From positions 1,344,001 through 1,408,000 of the forward strand of contig OZ224045.1 in the NCBI GenBank assembly GCA_963665325.3: a DNA stretch of 64,000 nucleotides. The letters are read 5' to 3'. The notes under the pieces were generated by a model. It searched no databases and was not told where the DNA came from. It saw only the letters and a list, made by a program, of their open reading frames with translations. This DNA comes from Alphaproteobacteria bacterium (GTDB lineage: Bacteria; Pseudomonadota; Alphaproteobacteria; Bin95). Positions 61,349 through 64,000 of this stretch are shown in pieces (within the stretch, counting starts at the first letter, position 1; each line of letters starts with the position of its first letter). Made by a program: the position numbers and the translations under genes.

Positions 61349-61781
61349 CGGCGGCGTCCAGGGCGGCGGCGACGATGGGCGTGTAGCCCGTGCAGCGGCA
61401 GAGATGCCCGCTCAGCACCTCGCGAACCTCCTGCTCGGTCGGGCGGGGCGTTTCGCGGAGGAAGGCGGTCAGGCTCATCAGGATGCCGGCGGTGCAGAAC
61501 CCGCATTGCAGCGCGAAATGGCGCCGGAAGGCCGCGTGCAGCGGGCCTTCCTCCAGCCCCTCCACCGTCACGATTTCGGCACCCTCGCATTGAACGGCGA
61601 GTGCCAGGCAGGAGCGCGCGGGGCGGCCGTCTATCAGCACGGTGCAGGCGCCGCAGACGCCGTGCTCGCAGCCGACATGCGTACCGGTCAGCCCGAGCGT
61701 GTGGCGTAGGAAGTCGGAGAGCAGCAGGCGCGGTTCCGCCGCCGCCTCCACCGCCTCGCCGTTCACGGTCATGCGCGGCAT
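61341..61781 (-). CDS. hmfC: [2Fe-2S] subunit of a Mo-hydroxylase (CoxS-like; probable HmfC)
   Basis: GCEHGVCGACT..C, QCGFC, CRCTGY. Confidence 0.75.
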   Translation of the reverse strand: MPRMTVNGEAVEAAAEPRLLLSDFLRHTLGLTGTHVGCEHGVCGACTVLIDGRPARSCLALAVQCEGAEIVTVEGLEEGPLHAAFRRHFALQCGFCTAGILMSLTAFLRETPRPTEQEVREVLSGHLCRCTGYTPIVAAALDAADA

Positions 61782-62524
61782 GCGATCGCCTCCTCCACCA
61801 CTGCCCGGCCGACGCGCTCCACCAGCCGGCGGCGATAGCCGGCATCGGCATGGAAATCGTCGCGGGCGTCGATGGCGTCCGGGTCGATGGCGAGGCCATC
61901 GAGCAGCACCGGCGTGTCGGCGACGCCGCCCACCCCAAGCCGCACGCCGTCCGCATCGGCGACGGCCGCGAAGGCCGCCAGCGCGAAATCGCCGTGCCGG
62001 AGCGCCACCTCGCGGAAGGCGTAGCCGGCGCGGGGGTCGGGCGGCGGCAGTTCCACGGCCGTAACGAGTTCGTCCTCCTCCCGGGCCGTCATCAGCGGGC
62101 CCTCGAAAAAGTCGATGGCTTCCACCAACCTCTCACCGCGCACCGAAGCCAGATGAACAGTGCCGCCGAGGGCCACGAGGCAGAGCGGCAGTTCCGCCGC
62201 CGGGTCGCCGTGCGCGACCGAGCCGCAGAAGGTGCCCCGGCTGCGGGTCTGGTAGTGGCCGACATGCGGCAGGGCGAGGTCGATCAGCGCGTGCAGGCCG
62301 GCCAGTTCCGCCTGCCGGACGGCGGCGCCCACCCGGAGGCCGCGCTCGCGAAGCTCGGGCAGGTGGGCAATATCCACCAGCAGGTCGGGCCGGGCGAGGC
62401 GCATGTTCAGCATCGCAACCAGCGACTGGCCGCCGGCAAGGACCATGGCGCCTTCCGTAGCGAGCGCCTCCAGCGCCTCGTCGAGGCTGGCGGGGCGCAG
62501 ATAGTCGAAGGGAGCGGGCTTCAC
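61769..62524 (-). CDS. hmfB: FAD subunit of a Mo-hydroxylase (CoxM-like; probable HmfB)
   Basis: KPAPFDY, AGGQSL, R.RGT..GS.AH.DPAAE, RHGDFA; GTG start overlaps the large-subunit stop. Confidence 0.72.
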   Translation of the reverse strand: MKPAPFDYLRPASLDEALEALATEGAMVLAGGQSLVAMLNMRLARPDLLVDIAHLPELRERGLRVGAAVRQAELAGLHALIDLALPHVGHYQTRSRGTFCGSVAHGDPAAELPLCLVALGGTVHLASVRGERLVEAIDFFEGPLMTAREEDELVTAVELPPPDPRAGYAFREVALRHGDFALAAFAAVADADGVRLGVGGVADTPVLLDGLAIDPDAIDARDDFHADAGYRRRLVERVGRAVVEEAIACRA

Positions 62525-64000
62525 GGCAGCAGCGCCGCGACGCGGGCGGGCGTCAGCGGCAGTTCCAGGTCTTCGATGCCGAGCGCGTCCGCCACCGCAT
62601 TGGCGATGCAGGGCGGGGCGCTCATGGCGTTGCCCTCGCCGATGCCCTTGGCGCCGAGCGGGGTGAAGGGCGAGGGCGTTTCGAGATGCAGGATCTCCGG
62701 GTCGGGCGTCTCGCAGGCGGTCGGCGGCGGGTAGTCGGCGAAGGTGCCGGCGAGCGGCTGGCCTGCCCCGTCGTAAACAAAGGCCTCGAACAGCGTGGCG
62801 CCGAGGGCGTTGGAGAGGCCGCCGCGCACCTGCCCGTCGGCCATCGGACGGTGGAGCAGCCGGCCGGCATCGTGCGCGGTGAGGTAGCGGTCGATGCGGA
62901 CCTGGCCCGTATCGGCATCGACCTCGACGCCGCAAATGTCGAAGATGAAGCCGTAGGCGGCGGAGCCGTTGATGCGGTCCTCCGCGTCGGGGGCCCCGAG
63001 CTCGGGCGGGGTCCAGAACTCGGTTGCCCGCAAGGCCGGCTCGACGCCCTGCGGCAAGGTGCCGGGCGACCAGTGGGCGAGGCCGGCCAGGCGCGCAAAC
63101 GGCACTTCCCTGTCCGGCCCGGCCCCGACCTTGCCGTCCTCGAAGCGGATGTCCTCCAGCGGCAGGTCCAGCCGTGCGGCGGCGAGCCGGGCCAGCCGGT
63201 CGCGCAGCGTGGAGGCCGCGCGCCATGCGGTCCCGGCGACGGCCGGAGCGAAGCGGCAGGAATAGTTGCCGGCGGCGATGGACCAGGCGTCGCGCGCGCT
63301 GTCGAACTCGGTCACCACCCGGATGTCGTGGGGCGCGAGACCGAAGGCGCCGGCCACCACTTCGGCCAGCACGGTGCGGTGTCCCTGGCCCTGCGGGATG
63401 GAGTCCCCGGTCACGGTGACGCCGCCATGCGGGTCTATCGCAACCGTGGCGGCGGCGAGCGCGCCGTTCTTGAGCCCGCCGGCCAGACGATCCTCATGCT
63501 CCAGCACCGTGGTGATGTAGCCCATATTGGAAACCGTCGGCTCCACCGCCGCCGCCAGTCCCACGCCATAGAGGCGTCCGCCGGCGCGGGCTTCGGCGCG
63601 GCGGGCTTCAAGCTCCTTCAATGCGGGGCGGGCGAGGTCGATCACCGCACCGTAGTCGCCGGAATCGTAAAGCGCGCCCGAGGCCGTGCGATAGGGCATC
63701 TCCGTTACCAGGTTCCGCCGCAGCACCTCCAGCCGGTCGAGCCCGAGGCGGTCGGCGATGCGGTGCATCAGCCGCTCGAGCGGGAAATAGACCTGCGGGC
63801 CGCCGAAGCCCCGGTTGAGGCCGCTCGGCGTCTTGTTGGTGACGGCGATGAGGTTCTCGACCTCAAGGTTCGGAATGTCGTAGGCCCCGGTCATTGCACC
63901 GTGCATCCGGTAGAGCGTCGCCGGCTCGGGCGCCTTGATATAGGCGCCGCAGTCCTCAAGCTGCCGGTAGCGGAGCGCCGTCACCCGGCCGTTGGCCATG
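62521..64000 (-). CDS. hmfA: Molybdopterin subunit, xanthine dehydrogenase/CoxL family (probable HmfA); 5' part lies outside the window
   Basis: RGFGGPQ, YDSGDY, QGQGH.T, DAG, GQV.GG, GAKGIGEG. Confidence 0.72.
   Translation of the reverse strand, partial: MANGRVTALRYRQLEDCGAYIKAPEPATLYRMHGAMTGAYDIPNLEVENLIAVTNKTPSGLNRGFGGPQVYFPLERLMHRIADRLGLDRLEVLRRNLVTEMPYRTASGALYDSGDYGAVIDLARPALKELEARRAEARAGGRLYGVGLAAAVEPTVSNMGYITTVLEHEDRLAGGLKNGALAAATVAIDPHGGVTVTGDSIPQGQGHRTVLAEVVAGAFGLAPHDIRVVTEFDSARDAWSIAAGNYSCRFAPAVAGTAWRAASTLRDRLARLAAARLDLPLEDIRFEDGKVGAGPDREVPFARLAGLAHWSPGTLPQGVEPALRATEFWTPPELGAPDAEDRINGSAAYGFIFDICGVEVDADTGQVRIDRYLTAHDAGRLLHRPMADGQVRGGLSNALGATLFEAFVYDGAGQPLAGTFADYPPPTACETPDPEILHLETPSPFTPLGAKGIGEGNAMSAPPCIANAVADALGIEDLELPLTPARVAALLP

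Overview
High-GC alphaproteobacterial chromosomal window. Calx-beta and autotransporter surface proteins and heavy IS traffic suggest a host-associated, possibly sponge-symbiont, lineage; this is inference only. Core and metabolic blocks: rnd-kdsD-lptCAB-rpoN-hpf-ptsN, lepA, hydantoinase/oxoprolinase A/B facing a TRAP transporter, a split ThDP (sulfo/phosphono)pyruvate decarboxylase, a fused double ABC exporter, ribokinase, a probable furoyl-CoA hmfABCD cluster and a probable 2-methylserine hydroxymethyltransferase. These are interleaved with IS21, IS66, IS110, IS3, two IS1634, IS1182 and a passenger-carrying IS1595, several of them nested and five insertions with a recoverable target duplication. 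Two non-coding repeat families are not explained by any gene. (1) A pair of 173-bp hairpin elements in direct orientation bracket a lower-GC secreted SGNH hydrolase gene. They show strand-specific G-T/G-U pairing, and the gene's stop codon lies inside the repeat, an integron-cassette-like layout without attC consensus. (2) A ~430-bp element is present twice, with the order promoter, terminator-like hairpin, conserved structured core, then three CATGACA boxes at exact 10-bp spacing. All calls are by eye from sequence motifs; no database searches were run.
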